This document shows positions 19,576 to 29,706 of a stretch of DNA of 64,000 nt, one piece after another. Each line of letters opens with the position of its first letter. The first letter of the stretch is position 1. Made by a program: the position numbers and the translations under genes. Location of the stretch: the NCBI GenBank assembly GCA_945906305.1, contig CAMDQT010000004.1:66117-130116 (forward strand), given 5' to 3'. This DNA is from Ferrithrix thermotolerans DSM 19514 (GTDB lineage Bacteria > Actinomycetota > Acidimicrobiia > Acidimicrobiales > CAIXPF01). The notes under the pieces are model-generated. The model was not told the origin of the DNA, did not search any database, and saw only the letters and a program-made list of their open reading frames with translations.

Positions 19576-20979
19576 ATGCTCGATTCAGATCTGATCCAAC
19601 GGACCCTGGAGTTGGCTGCGGGCCGGGGTGCTGATCTGGCCGAATTGTTCGTCGAGGATGTGCGCAGTTCGAGCGCATCCCTCGATGATGGACGGATCGA
19701 GGAGTTGGTCTCCGGCCGTGACCGCGGCGCAGGTATCCGGGTGATGATTGGTGAGCGCACTGGCTTCGCCCACACCGCCGACCTGTCACCCGAGGGCCTG
19801 GCGGAAACGGCCCGGGTGGCGGCGGCGTCGGCACGCGGGGCGACTGGCGAGAGCCGAAGGGTGGCCGTGGGTGGCTCGCCCCGGGCCTATGCCGCTCCGG
19901 TACGCATCGATCCCAGCACGGTGGGCAAGGCAGACAAGGTGGCCTTACTGCGGCGAGCGGATGATGCCGCCAGGGCTGGTTACGCAGCAGTGAGCCAAGT
20001 CGCGGCGCGTTACGGCGATGTGCGTCGACGGGTGTTGGTGGCCAACACCAATGGGGTGTTCGCAACCGACGACCTGACCAAGACGTCGTTTTCCGTGTCC
20101 GTGGTGGCCAAGGGCGACACCGGCATGCAGACCGGTCGCCACAGCGTCGGTCGGGTGGCTGGATTCGAACTGTTCGACGTGGCCCATGGCGGGTACGACG
20201 TTGAGGAGCTGGCCCGCTTGGCTTCGGGCCGGGCCATTCGCAAGCTCGATGCCCGGCCCGCGCCCTCGGGCGCGCTGGCGGTGGTGATCGCCGGCGGATC
20301 GGGCGGGGTGTTGTTCCACGAGGCGTGTGGCCACGGGCTCGAAGCCGACCTGGTGGACAAGGGGGCATCAGTGTTCGCCGGTCGTCGCGGCGAAAAGGTC
20401 GCCAGCGAGCTTGTGACCCTGGTCGACGACGCGACGATGGTCGGCGAATGGGGTTACTTCGGCATCGACGACGAGGGCCACGCCGCCACGCGCAACGTGC
20501 TGATCGAGAGAGGTGTACTTAGCGACTACCTCTATGACGGCCAACAGTCACGCAAGGCCGGCCGTGGCGGCAGTGGCAACGGCCGGCGCCAGAGTTATCG
20601 GCATCTTCCGATGGTGCGGATGACCAACACCTACATCACCGGCGGTGATTCCGACCCCGCTGACATCATCGCCGCCACCGACTTCGGCGTGTACATAGCG
20701 CAACTCGGAGGCGGGCAGGTCAATACGGCGTCGGGTGACTTTGTGTTCGGCATGACGGAGGCCTACCTCATCGAGGGTGGGGTGATCACCGAAGCCCTGC
20801 GCGATGCCAACCTCATCGGCAACGGCCCTGCGGCGCTCGCCGCCATCGACGCGGTGGGCAACGATTTCTCGATGGGCTACCCCGGTACCTGCGGCAAGGA
20901 TGGCCAAGGGGTCCCCGTTGGTATGGGCACGCCGACGTTGCGGGTCCCCTCGCTGACCATCGGCGGCACCGCGCCATGA
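19576..20979 (+). CDS. tldD: Metalloprotease TldD
   Basis: MLDSDLIQRTLELA..., the HEACGHGLEAD zinc motif, and a C-terminal GxC motif. Confidence 0.9.
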   Translation: MLDSDLIQRTLELAAGRGADLAELFVEDVRSSSASLDDGRIEELVSGRDRGAGIRVMIGERTGFAHTADLSPEGLAETARVAAASARGATGESRRVAVGGSPRAYAAPVRIDPSTVGKADKVALLRRADDAARAGYAAVSQVAARYGDVRRRVLVANTNGVFATDDLTKTSFSVSVVAKGDTGMQTGRHSVGRVAGFELFDVAHGGYDVEELARLASGRAIRKLDARPAPSGALAVVIAGGSGGVLFHEACGHGLEADLVDKGASVFAGRRGEKVASELVTLVDDATMVGEWGYFGIDDEGHAATRNVLIERGVLSDYLYDGQQSRKAGRGGSGNGRRQSYRHLPMVRMTNTYITGGDSDPADIIAATDFGVYIAQLGGGQVNTASGDFVFGMTEAYLIEGGVITEALRDANLIGNGPAALAAIDAVGNDFSMGYPGTCGKDGQGVPVGMGTPTLRVPSLTIGGTAP

Positions 20980-22334
20980 GCGAGGGAGATCTGGTCGAAC
21001 TCGCCGCCCGCCTGGCCGAGCGGGCCAGAGCGGGAGAGCATCTCGAGATCGCCGCCGGACGCGGCTTGTCCACCACAGTCAAGGCCTACGACGGGGAAGT
21101 GGAGTCCTTCACGTCGGCGGAGTCTTTCGGGGTGGGCATCCGGGTGCTCATCGAGCGTGACGGTGGCCTGTCCCAGGGATTCGCCCACGCCGGTTCGTTC
21201 GACCCTGACGTACTGGAGGAAACGCTGCAAGAGGCGCGCGACAACGCCACCTTCGCCGAGCCCGATCCTTTCGCTGGCCTCGCAACCCCTGACGGGCGGG
21301 TGCCGGTCCACCAGGACTTGTGGCGGGGCGAGCTACTTGGGACATCCACCGAGGCGAAGATCGACTTGGCGCTCCAGCTCGAACGGGCCACGCGGTCTGC
21401 TCACGCCGCGGTCAAAGGGGTCCGCTCCGCCTCCTACGGCGACTCCGCGGGCGAGATGGCTTTGGTCTCCACGGCGGGCATACGCGCCTACGGGCGGTCC
21501 ACAAGCTGTTGGTTGTCGGTGTCTTGTATGGCTGGCGACGAGAACGAAACTCACACCGGCTACGGCGTGGCGGTCGGACGTGAACCAGGGTCGCTCGATG
21601 TTTCGGCCGTCGCCGAGGAGGCAGTGACCCAGGCGGTTCGTCTGATCGGTGCCCGTCAGGTGCCCTCCCAGCGCTTGGCCTTGGTGTTGGAACCGAAACT
21701 CGCCGCCACCGTCTTGGCCATCATCGGGTCGATGCTGTGCGGCGACGCGGTGGTCAAGGGCCGATCTCCCTTCGCCGATCGGCTTGGACAGGCCATAGCC
21801 GCGCCCCTGCTCAGCCTGGCCGACGATCCCACCGATGCCCGATCCTTGGGCGCGGACGCCTATGACGGCGAGGGCCTCGCCTGCCGTCGCAATGTGCTCA
21901 TCACAGACGGGGTGCTGTCGAGCTTTCTCCACAACAGCTATACGGGCCGTCGGGCGGGTACCAACTCCACCGCATCCGCGGTGAGGGGCTCGCGCTCCCT
22001 GCCCGGAGTCGGCCCCCAAGCACTTGCAGTTGTCCCCGGCGCAACGAGCTACGAGCAGCTACTCGCTGGCGTTGACCACGGGATCCTGGTGCAATCCATG
22101 GCCGGCTTGCACTCGGGCGTCAACACCACCAGCGGCGATTTCTCCGTCGGAGCGGAAGGGTTGATGATCCGTCATGGCGCCTTGGCCGAGCCGGTGCGCG
22201 AGGTCACCATTGCCTCGACCTTGCCTCGGTTGTTGCTCGATCTGGTTGGCGTCGCCTCGGAGATCACGTGGTTGCCCGACGGGTCCGGCTCCGCTGCCCT
22301 GGTCTTTGGTGAAGTGGCGCTCTCCGGCTCGTGA
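20976..22334 (+). CDS. pmbA: TldD/PmbA family protein (PmbA/TldE)
   Basis: PmbA_TldD fold, ATGA overlap with tldD, and C-terminal SGDFSVGAEG motif. Confidence 0.85.
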   Translation: MSEGDLVELAARLAERARAGEHLEIAAGRGLSTTVKAYDGEVESFTSAESFGVGIRVLIERDGGLSQGFAHAGSFDPDVLEETLQEARDNATFAEPDPFAGLATPDGRVPVHQDLWRGELLGTSTEAKIDLALQLERATRSAHAAVKGVRSASYGDSAGEMALVSTAGIRAYGRSTSCWLSVSCMAGDENETHTGYGVAVGREPGSLDVSAVAEEAVTQAVRLIGARQVPSQRLALVLEPKLAATVLAIIGSMLCGDAVVKGRSPFADRLGQAIAAPLLSLADDPTDARSLGADAYDGEGLACRRNVLITDGVLSSFLHNSYTGRRAGTNSTASAVRGSRSLPGVGPQALAVVPGATSYEQLLAGVDHGILVQSMAGLHSGVNTTSGDFSVGAEGLMIRHGALAEPVREVTIASTLPRLLLDLVGVASEITWLPDGSGSAALVFGEVALSGS

Positions 22335-22369
22335 CAGAGCGGTTCGGGCTGTGGTGCCGGTGGCGGGGT

Positions 22370-23449
22370 TCAGCGCGGTAGTGGGCAGGCCACGTTGAGT
22401 TCGTCCGCGAGTTCGACGAAGTACTGCACCACGTCGCGGTGGTAGGGGATGCCCCGCTGGTTGCGGTCAGCTTCGGTCTCCGCCTCGAGTTGTCCGGCGT
22501 AGAGGACCCGTTCGTGGCCTGGTGCGGGCGGACAGGCGGCGAGGTCGTCGAGGTAGCGGTCCATCTGGTCCAAGAACCACTCTGGGTCGCAGAACGCTTC
22601 GATCCGGTAGGCCGAACAATGGTGGGAGATGTTGCCTACGTTGGCGTAGCCGGGCCCGGTGCCAGCCAACATGCCACACAGTACGTCCACGATCATGGCC
22701 AAGCCGTAGCCCTTGTGCGATCCGAGGTCGCGGGTGGCGCCGAGCGGCAGCATGTGGAACTGCTCGGGAACCGGTCGGGAGTCCATCACCGGAGTGCCGT
22801 CGGACTCGGCGATCCAGCCCGGTTTTACCGGGTTGCCTAATCGCCGAGCGATGCGAATCTTGTTGCCCGCCACTGCGCTCATCGAGGCATCGAAGACGAA
22901 CGGTGCTCGACGCCGCGACGGTACGGCCACCGCGATCGGGTTGAGTCCCAGCATCGGTTGGGATCCGAACGTCGGTAGAACCTGGATGCCCCCTACGGTC
23001 ATGGCCATCCCGATGTAGCCGCGTTCGGCGGCAAGATGGGCGTGGTAGGCGGCAGCACCGAAGTGGCGGCCGTTGGTCACCACCACCGTGCCCACGCCGA
23101 CGGTGGCGGCCTTGGCGATCGCGAGGCGCATGGCGTCGGCCGCGACGCTCAGTCCGAGGCCGGCGTCGGAGTCGATCGTGGCGGTGGCGGGGGTTTCGCG
23201 CACGATGGTTGGGTTCGGGTCGGCCTTGATAGTGCCCCGTCGCAGGTCGTGTACGTAGTAGGGGAACATGTTGGACACCCCGTGGCTGTCGATTCCCCGA
23301 CGGTCGGCGTACAGCAGTGTCTCGGTGCACTGCGCGGCGCGGTCCAGCGGCATGCCGAGCGCGCAAAAAATGGCGTTGACGGTGGCCGCCATATCGGCTG
23401 GGGGGACTCGCACGGCGAGTTCCTCGGGAACGCTGAAAGTCTCATCCAC
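22370..23449 (-). CDS. Ldh_2 family (malate/L-lactate/sulfolactate-type) dehydrogenase
   Basis: ADRRGIDSHGV motif and HKGYGLAM motif. Confidence 0.8.
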   Translation of the reverse strand: MDETFSVPEELAVRVPPADMAATVNAIFCALGMPLDRAAQCTETLLYADRRGIDSHGVSNMFPYYVHDLRRGTIKADPNPTIVRETPATATIDSDAGLGLSVAADAMRLAIAKAATVGVGTVVVTNGRHFGAAAYHAHLAAERGYIGMAMTVGGIQVLPTFGSQPMLGLNPIAVAVPSRRRAPFVFDASMSAVAGNKIRIARRLGNPVKPGWIAESDGTPVMDSRPVPEQFHMLPLGATRDLGSHKGYGLAMIVDVLCGMLAGTGPGYANVGNISHHCSAYRIEAFCDPEWFLDQMDRYLDDLAACPPAPGHERVLYAGQLEAETEADRNQRGIPYHRDVVQYFVELADELNVACPLPR

Positions 23450-23478
23450 GTTTGGGACCCTACCCCCGGCTGGGCGCG

Positions 23479-24219
23479 ATGGCTCCGGTGGCGTACGGTG
23501 CAGCCGTGCAACCGACCGCGGAGGCCGTCGCTCGTCATCCCCATCTCCAAGATCCGCAAGCCGATGGGTGGCTTCGCGTCGATCTGCACAGCCACACGAT
23601 GCACTCCGGTGATTCGACCACCACGCCGGAAGAGATCGAGGAGGCGGTCCTCGCCTGCGGCATCGATGTGTTGTGCATCACCGATCACAACGCCACCCGG
23701 GGTGCGATGGAACTCGGCCTGCGACTCGCCTGCCGGGTGATCGTGGGCGAAGAGGTCAAGACCCACGCCGGTGAGATCATCGGACTGTTTCTCAACGAAC
23801 GCATCCCCGCCGGGCTACAGCCGGCGGAGGTGTGCGAGCGGATCCGCGAGCAGGGCGGGATCGTCTACATCCCCCATCCGTTCGATCCGCTCCGCAATGC
23901 CCTGCGCGAGTCGATACTGGTGGAGTTGGTTGCTCGGGGGTTGGTGGATGCCATCGAGGGCCGTAACGCCAAGACCTCCCTGGAGCATCTCAACCGCAAA
24001 GGCGTCGACTTCGGCCGCGAGCACGGCCTTGGCATCGGTGCGGGCAGCGACGCACATGTCGCGGAGGCGCTCGGGGCGGCGTACGTGGAGATGCCCGATT
24101 TCGACGGTCCACAACAGTTCCTCGAATCGCTACGAGTTGGTCGACTCGTCGGCCATCACTTCGATGCGCCGCGCCGTTGGCGGCCTCGCATCATCCCGTC
24201 GATTCCCACCGAGATCTAG
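23479..24219 (+). CDS. PHP-domain metal-dependent phosphoesterase
   Basis: VDLHSHTMHSGD, CITDHN, and C-terminal GAGSDAH. Start set at the ATG at 23479, because the ORF opening at 23452 would abut the divergent gene. Confidence 0.75.
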   Translation: MAPVAYGAAVQPTAEAVARHPHLQDPQADGWLRVDLHSHTMHSGDSTTTPEEIEEAVLACGIDVLCITDHNATRGAMELGLRLACRVIVGEEVKTHAGEIIGLFLNERIPAGLQPAEVCERIREQGGIVYIPHPFDPLRNALRESILVELVARGLVDAIEGRNAKTSLEHLNRKGVDFGREHGLGIGAGSDAHVAEALGAAYVEMPDFDGPQQFLESLRVGRLVGHHFDAPRRWRPRIIPSIPTEI

Positions 24220-25013
24220 CGGTTCGGCCCACGCGTCGTGGACCCTGGGGTGGGTGACGCGCCCCCACCTAGAGCCAGGAGCGCCATCACGACTAGGCCG
24301 CGCCGTTCGGCCTCCGCCACCCGGCCCGCGTCGGCAGCGTCCACCGCCACCACTAGCCGGTTCTCGCTCGTCGGCGCCGCGAGCACGGTACCAAGCACCG
24401 CGTCGGGCCCGCCTCTCGCCCCATCGAGCGATCCGCCCTCGGACGCGTCGGCGAGGAGAAACAACAACACTTGATCCCCGGTGGAGACATCGGGCTGGCC
24501 CGTCAGCGGATCTAGTGCCAGGCCGATCGTCCCCGGCGCGAGCAGGGCCGAAAGACCGCGGGCGCCTGCGCCGGCAAGGCGGTGTTCGAGCAGGATCTCC
24601 CCGCCCGCCATTTCGGTGCGCACGGCGTAGCCCAACGGTGAGCGAGCCAGATCGTCGGCATCTATGGCCGATGCCGGAACGAGGCCTTGGGGCAGGAGGC
24701 GCCGTTCGAGGTCGCCGGTTCCCAGGACGGCTCCGGCATGCACGTCATGGCGGATGAGCCATACCGGACGAGTCTCGCCGTAGGCCCTTCGGGCGGTGTT
24801 GGCGTCGCGTTGCAGCCTGACGGTGAGCAGAAGGCAGACCCCGAGCATGATCGCGCTGGCGGTCCACGCCAGCCGGGCTTGTCCCCGAAACGCTCGGGCA
24901 GAGCGAAACAGCGGCGAGGCGTGGTGGGTGGAGCCGATCGAGGCCGGGTCGGGTGAAGGATGACCCATGGGGCGAGGTCGGGACATGACTCTCCTGCGTA
25001 AGGCGCTCTCCAC
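24216..25013 (-). CDS. SAF-domain membrane protein (CpaB/RcpC-like)
   Basis: One N-terminal TM helix, then VWLIRHDVHAGAVLGTGDL, which is SAF-like. Confidence 0.5.
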   Translation of the reverse strand: MESALRRRVMSRPRPMGHPSPDPASIGSTHHASPLFRSARAFRGQARLAWTASAIMLGVCLLLTVRLQRDANTARRAYGETRPVWLIRHDVHAGAVLGTGDLERRLLPQGLVPASAIDADDLARSPLGYAVRTEMAGGEILLEHRLAGAGARGLSALLAPGTIGLALDPLTGQPDVSTGDQVLLFLLADASEGGSLDGARGGPDAVLGTVLAAPTSENRLVVAVDAADAGRVAEAERRGLVVMALLALGGGASPTPGSTTRGPNR

Positions 25014-25068
25014 TGATGATGGAAGCGGTATGACGGCAGGGAAGTCGACGTCGGGGTTGGTGGGCCCC

Positions 25069-25857
25069 TCAGCGGATTAGCGGGCGTTCGGTCAAGGACC
25101 GAATAGCCGTGAACAACACGTCACGGACGCGATGCAGGTTGCTTTCGAAGTATTCGAAGACCTGTTCCATGGTGACGCCAGGAACGGTGGGGTCCTCCTC
25201 GAGTCCGGCATCGAAGTCCGTGACGAGGGCCACCCCGGCGACGGGCAGACCGACCTCGTTGCAGAGGGCCACCTCGGGGTATTGGGTCATGTTCACCACG
25301 TGCCAGCCCATTTGGCCGAACCAGCGCGACTCCGCGGCGGTGGAGAACCGCGGGCCGTTTATGACCACGACGGTGCCCTGTTCGTGCACCGTCACCGCGC
25401 AGGTCCGGCAAGCGTCGATGAGGCGCTGCCGCAAGACGGGGTCGTAGGGGTGGGCCATGGCGGTGTGGTGGGCGCCCGGACCGTCGAAGAACGTGTCGCG
25501 GCGGGCACTGGTGCGGTCCACGAATTGGTCGAGGACCACGAAGTCCCCCGGTGGGATCGCGGCCTGCAACGACCCGGCGGAGCAGGGCGCGAGCACACCC
25601 TTGACACCGCTGTACTTCATGGCCCAGACGTTGGCTCGATAGTTAACCGTGTGGGCCGGAAAGTCGTGATGGGCCCCATGTCGGGCCAGGAAGGCCACGC
25701 GCTGGTTGTGAACCGTGCCAATGTGCAACGGGCCCGAGGGCGGCCCATAAGGAGTTTCGACGGGGACTTCGGTGATGTCCTCAAGAAGGCGATACAGACC
25801 GGAACCGCCGAACACGCCGATGTCGGCTAGGTCGGCAGAGCCGATGTCGAGGGCCAT
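25069..25857 (-). CDS. mtnP: S-methyl-5'-thioadenosine phosphorylase
   Basis: GGSGLY, ETPYGPPS, FLARHG, NYRANVWA, GPRFST and VNMT motifs. Confidence 0.9.
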   Translation of the reverse strand: MALDIGSADLADIGVFGGSGLYRLLEDITEVPVETPYGPPSGPLHIGTVHNQRVAFLARHGAHHDFPAHTVNYRANVWAMKYSGVKGVLAPCSAGSLQAAIPPGDFVVLDQFVDRTSARRDTFFDGPGAHHTAMAHPYDPVLRQRLIDACRTCAVTVHEQGTVVVINGPRFSTAAESRWFGQMGWHVVNMTQYPEVALCNEVGLPVAGVALVTDFDAGLEEDPTVPGVTMEQVFEYFESNLHRVRDVLFTAIRSLTERPLIR

Positions 25858-25860
25858 CGC

Positions 25861-26205
25861 TCAGCTCGCGTCCGAACTCGATGCACTACTTGGAGCAGGC
25901 GTCGGCGCCGCAGCGGCCCCGGAGCTCTCCCCACTCGAGGTGGTCGAGCTGTCGGTTTTTTCGCTGCTGGCGGTGCTGGCCCCGCCGTTGGTCGAACTCG
26001 CAGCATTGCCGCTCTTGCTCGAGGAACCGCGGCTGTCGTTCTTGTAGAAGCCCGATCCCTTGAACGTCACGCCAACCGCGGTGAAAACCTTGCGGACGGG
26101 GGCGGCTTTCTCGCAGTTGCAAACCGTGAGCGCATCGTCGGTGAAGGCCTGCCGCACCTCGAACTTGTCGTCGCATTCGAGGCATCGGTACACGTAGGTT
26201 GGCAT
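25861..26205 (-). CDS. FmdB family zinc-ribbon protein with low-complexity S/T/G/A tail
   Basis: MPTYVYRCLECDDKFEV followed by a second Cys pair in the same domain (CNCE). C-terminal ~50 aa is Ser/Gly/Ala/Thr-rich. Confidence 0.8.
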   Translation of the reverse strand: MPTYVYRCLECDDKFEVRQAFTDDALTVCNCEKAAPVRKVFTAVGVTFKGSGFYKNDSRGSSSKSGNAASSTNGGASTASSEKTDSSTTSSGESSGAAAAPTPAPSSASSSDAS

Positions 26206-26379
26206 CAGCGAAAATTCCTTCGTTAGCACTCGCGGACTGCGAGTGCCAGCCTAGCGGAGGCGGTTGATGGGGCCGAAACCATTCCCGGGCCGGTGCCGAA
26301 GTTGCCCTCTTCGGGTTACTGGCTGCTTTGAGCGGCGATGACGGTGGGAGTTTCGGGCCAGTGAAGGCACACTGGGGGG

Positions 26380-27270
26380 GTGGGAGCCTCACTTCAAGTT
26401 CGTAAAGCTGTCATTCCCGCCGCCGGTCTGGGGACTCGCTTCTTGCCTGCCACGAAGGTGGTGCCCAAGGAGATGTTGCCGGTCATCGACCGGCCGGCCA
26501 TTCAGATCGTGGTAGAGGAGGCCATCGCTGCCGGCATCGACGACATCCTCATCATCTCCAGCCCGTACAAGAAGGTGATGGAGGATCACTTCGACCGGGC
26601 TTTCGAGCTCGAGGCCCGTTTGGCGGCCAAGGGCAAGTTGGCGGAGGTCGAGGCCATACGGGCCATCGGGAGCCAGGCCCAGGTGCACTTCGTGCGTCAG
26701 GGGGAGCCCAGGGGTCTCGGCCATGCCGTTTCCATGGCTCGCCGCCATGTCGGCGACGAGCCCTTTGCGGTGCTGTTGCCCGACGACATCATGGTCGATG
26801 GAGGTTGCCTGCTACGGGGCATGATTGATGCCTTGGCGGTGACGGGCAGGTCGGTGGTGGCGCTCAAGGAGTTCCCTTCTTCGGAGATCTCCAACTATGG
26901 CTGCGTCGCCCACGGACCCATCGAGGCCGGTTCGCCCCTGGTGTCAATCAGCGGGCTGGTGGAGAAACCGAAGGCCGAGGATGCCCCCTCCAATCTGGCC
27001 GTGATGGGCCGTTACGTGTTGACGCCAGCCATCTTCGAGCACCTTGAAGCCATCGAGCCCGGCGCGGGCGGCGAGATCCAGTTGACCGATGGTTTGGACC
27101 GATTGCGGCGCGCCGACGGCATGTCTGGTTTCGTCTTCTCCGAAGGCCGTTACGACATCGGCCAGAAGCAGGACTTTCTCCGAGCGACAGTCGAACTCGC
27201 CCTCCAACACCCCGAGTTGGGACCGAATTTCGCCCGGTTTCTGGCCAGCCTCACCCCGCGGCTGCCCTGA
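26380..27270 (+). CDS. galU: UTP--glucose-1-phosphate uridylyltransferase
   Basis: VRKAVIPAAGLGTRFLPATKVVPKEMLPV. GTG start. Confidence 0.9.
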   Translation: MGASLQVRKAVIPAAGLGTRFLPATKVVPKEMLPVIDRPAIQIVVEEAIAAGIDDILIISSPYKKVMEDHFDRAFELEARLAAKGKLAEVEAIRAIGSQAQVHFVRQGEPRGLGHAVSMARRHVGDEPFAVLLPDDIMVDGGCLLRGMIDALAVTGRSVVALKEFPSSEISNYGCVAHGPIEAGSPLVSISGLVEKPKAEDAPSNLAVMGRYVLTPAIFEHLEAIEPGAGGEIQLTDGLDRLRRADGMSGFVFSEGRYDIGQKQDFLRATVELALQHPELGPNFARFLASLTPRLP

Positions 27271-27333
27271 CGGGCCGACCTGGCTCACCCGGTGGCATGC
27301 CCGGGAGCCTGGTTCACCCCTACGATCACCGCC

Positions 27334-28551
27334 ATGATCGAACTGGAGTCGGCGCGGGCCAGGGTGCTGGAGGGTTGCGCGGCGCTGACCCCGGTACGGG
27401 TTGACCTCGCGGAGGCCTGTGGGCTGGTGCTTGCGGAGACTGTTGTGGCCGACCAGCTGTTGCCGCCGTTCGCGAACACTGCGGTCGACGGCTACGCCAT
27501 ACGCGCCGCTGACGCCGCCGGTGCCACCCACGGGTCCCCTGTCCGGCTGGCAGTGGTGGAGACCATCGCCGCCGGTGCCGCTTCGAGCCGGGTGCTGGGG
27601 GCCGGGGAGGCCATGCAGATCATGACTGGCGCGCCCATCCCTGCCGGTGCGGATGCGGTAGTCATGGTGGAAGACACCAACGCCGCCGGTCACGGTGAGC
27701 TGGTGGAGATCCGTCGATCGGTCCTCGCCGGTGATGCGGTGCGTCCCGCGGGCGACGATGTGCACCCGGGTGACCGGCTCTTTCTGCCCGGCGAGGTGCT
27801 TTCGCCGGCCCATGTCGGGGTGCTCGCCTCGTTGGGGCGCCTCGACGTGCTGGTCCACCCCCGGGTCCGAGTTGGGGTGATATCCACCGGCGATGAGCTG
27901 GTCGAGGGGCCGGTCCCACTCCAACCGGGTCAGATTCGCGACTCCAATCGGATCACGCTGCTGGCCCTGGTTGACGCGGCCGGAGCGACCGGAGTGGATC
28001 TCGGTCTTGTCCGCGACGACGAGGAGTTGATCCGGCAGGCGTTCGTGGCCGCGGCGGCGACGTGCGATGCCATCATCTCCTCCGGCGGGGTGAGCATGGG
28101 TGAGTTCGACTTCGTCAAGCGGGTGCTCGACGAGGTGGGCCAGATGAATTGGATGCAGGTCGCCATCCGTCCGGCCAAGCCGCTGGCCTTCGGCACCATC
28201 GACGGTACGCCGGTGTTTGGGTTGCCTGGCAACCCGGTGAGCTCGATGGTCAGCTTTGAGTTGTTCGCCCGACCCGGGTTACGGCGGCTTGCGGGCCACC
28301 ATGACGAGGAGTTGGTACGCAACTCGCTACGGGCAGTCACCGGCGAGCCCTTTCCTCGATCGCCCGACGGCAAGACCCATTTCGTGCGGGTGGTCGCGGC
28401 CAACGTCGAGGGCCGTTACGTGGTTCGCAGCGCAGGTGGCCAGGGATCGCATCAACTCGCGGTCATGGCCGCCGCCAATGCTCTGGTGGTTCTACCCGAC
28501 GGTGATGGTGTGCCTGCCGGCCACGAAGTTGCCTTACTGCTGCTGGGCTGA
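27334..28551 (+). CDS. moeA: Molybdopterin molybdenumtransferase
   Basis: MoeA N-domain (NTAVDGYA), MoCF_biosynth domain (ISSGGVSMGEFD) and LPGNPVS. Confidence 0.85.
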   Translation: MIELESARARVLEGCAALTPVRVDLAEACGLVLAETVVADQLLPPFANTAVDGYAIRAADAAGATHGSPVRLAVVETIAAGAASSRVLGAGEAMQIMTGAPIPAGADAVVMVEDTNAAGHGELVEIRRSVLAGDAVRPAGDDVHPGDRLFLPGEVLSPAHVGVLASLGRLDVLVHPRVRVGVISTGDELVEGPVPLQPGQIRDSNRITLLALVDAAGATGVDLGLVRDDEELIRQAFVAAAATCDAIISSGGVSMGEFDFVKRVLDEVGQMNWMQVAIRPAKPLAFGTIDGTPVFGLPGNPVSSMVSFELFARPGLRRLAGHHDEELVRNSLRAVTGEPFPRSPDGKTHFVRVVAANVEGRYVVRSAGGQGSHQLAVMAAANALVVLPDGDGVPAGHEVALLLLG

Positions 28552-28592
28552 GGACGGCACCGGTTTGCGCTACGCCTGAGCCGGGTTAATTC

Positions 28593-29597
28593 GTGGCCCG
28601 CTATCATCGTCTCATGGCGGCTCCGCTCATCGATTCCTTTGGCCGGGTCCACCGTGATTTACGGATCTCGGTGACGGATCGTTGCAACTTCCGCTGCACG
28701 TATTGCATGCCGGCGGAAGGTATGGCCTGGCTGCCGCGCAGCGAGGTGCTCACCTTCGAGGAGATCTACCGGGTGGCCCGGATCATGGTCGAGCGATTCG
28801 GGCTGGAATCCATCCGGCTGACCGGCGGCGAGCCCACGGTTCGAGCCCATCTACCTCGGCTGGTCGAGATGCTCGCCACACTCGGCGTCGATTTGGCCTT
28901 GACCACCAACGGCGCCACGCTGGCCATACTGGCCCCAGAGTTGGCTGCTGCAGGTTTGCGCCGGATCAACGTCTCGTGTGATTCGTTGCGGCCCGATCGT
29001 TTCGCGGAGATCACCAAGCGCGACAGCCTGCACAAGGTGCTCGAGGGCATCGACGCCGCGCTCGCGGCAGGCTTGAATCCGGTGAAGCTCAACGTGGTCG
29101 CCATGCGCGGGGTGAACGAGGACGAGTTGCTCGATTTCGCCGCTTTCGGCCGCGACAAGGGGGTCACGGTCCGCTACATCGAGTTCATGCCGCTTGACGC
29201 CCAGCAGGCCTGGACCAATGACCAGGTGCTGACCTACGACGAGATTCGTCGAACCATCAGCGATGCCTATCCAATCGAGCCCCTCGAGCGTGGTTCGGCG
29301 CCGGCGGAACGGTTCCGCTACCTCGACGGCAAGGGGGAGATCGGGATCATCGCTTCGGTGACTCAAAGCTTCTGCGAAAGCTGTGATCGGGTGCGTCTCA
29401 CGTCGGAAGGTTCCTTCCGGACCTGCCTGTTCGCCACCGAGGAGCAGGCCCTACGGCCGTTGTTGCGCGCCGGTGGTACCGACGACGAGATCGCTCAAGT
29501 GATAGCTCGCGCCGTTTCGGAGAAGTGGGCCGGCCATCGCATCAATGAGGTCCACTTCATCCGGCCCTCCAAGTCGATGAGCCAGATCGGCGGCTGA
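28593..29597 (+). CDS. moaA: GTP 3',8-cyclase (radical SAM)
   Basis: DRCNFRCTYCMP radical-SAM motif and conserved C-terminal Gly-Gly. The alternative ATG at 28614 is equally plausible. Confidence 0.9.
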   Translation: MARYHRLMAAPLIDSFGRVHRDLRISVTDRCNFRCTYCMPAEGMAWLPRSEVLTFEEIYRVARIMVERFGLESIRLTGGEPTVRAHLPRLVEMLATLGVDLALTTNGATLAILAPELAAAGLRRINVSCDSLRPDRFAEITKRDSLHKVLEGIDAALAAGLNPVKLNVVAMRGVNEDELLDFAAFGRDKGVTVRYIEFMPLDAQQAWTNDQVLTYDEIRRTISDAYPIEPLERGSAPAERFRYLDGKGEIGIIASVTQSFCESCDRVRLTSEGSFRTCLFATEEQALRPLLRAGGTDDEIAQVIARAVSEKWAGHRINEVHFIRPSKSMSQIGG

Positions 29598-29706
29598 TGT
29601 GAAGTTGCACGCGCTGAAAGGCCGCGAATCGCGTCGGGTGTCAGTCGGAGTTGCACCCGGATGCCAGGGAAGTTGCACCCACTGAAAAGGTTGCAGCCAC
29701 TGAAAG
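29598..29706 (-). repeat. Composite repeat copy A (inverted relative to B and C), degenerate
   Basis: On the plus strand: GAAGTTGCAC at 29601 and 29669, GGAGTTGCAC at 29647, AAGGTTGCAG at 29687. Three of the four cores are followed by NNN-CTGAAA (the 29647 core is not). Begins immediately after the moaA stop. Confidence 0.85.

Noticed and set aside
28552-28613. Looked for a Moco riboswitch upstream of moaA/moeA, a preQ1 riboswitch upstream of queF, and a ydaO-type element upstream of the secreted protease.
   Set aside because: The intergenic spaces are very short (queF and moaA) or showed nothing I could recognise by eye. A covariance-model scan (cmscan, Rfam) is needed for a firm negative.
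28681-29680. The repeat core matches the moaA radical-SAM codons. TGCAACTTCCG (CNFRC codons, 28683-28693) matches copy B, and the 3'-UTR copy A contains GGAAGTTGCA, which is perfectly complementary to it. This could suggest antisense autoregulation.
   Set aside because: It is only a 10-11-nt match. With several core variants on two strands in 64 kb a chance hit is not negligible, and I see no extended complementarity. Worth an RNA-RNA interaction prediction, but not claimable.
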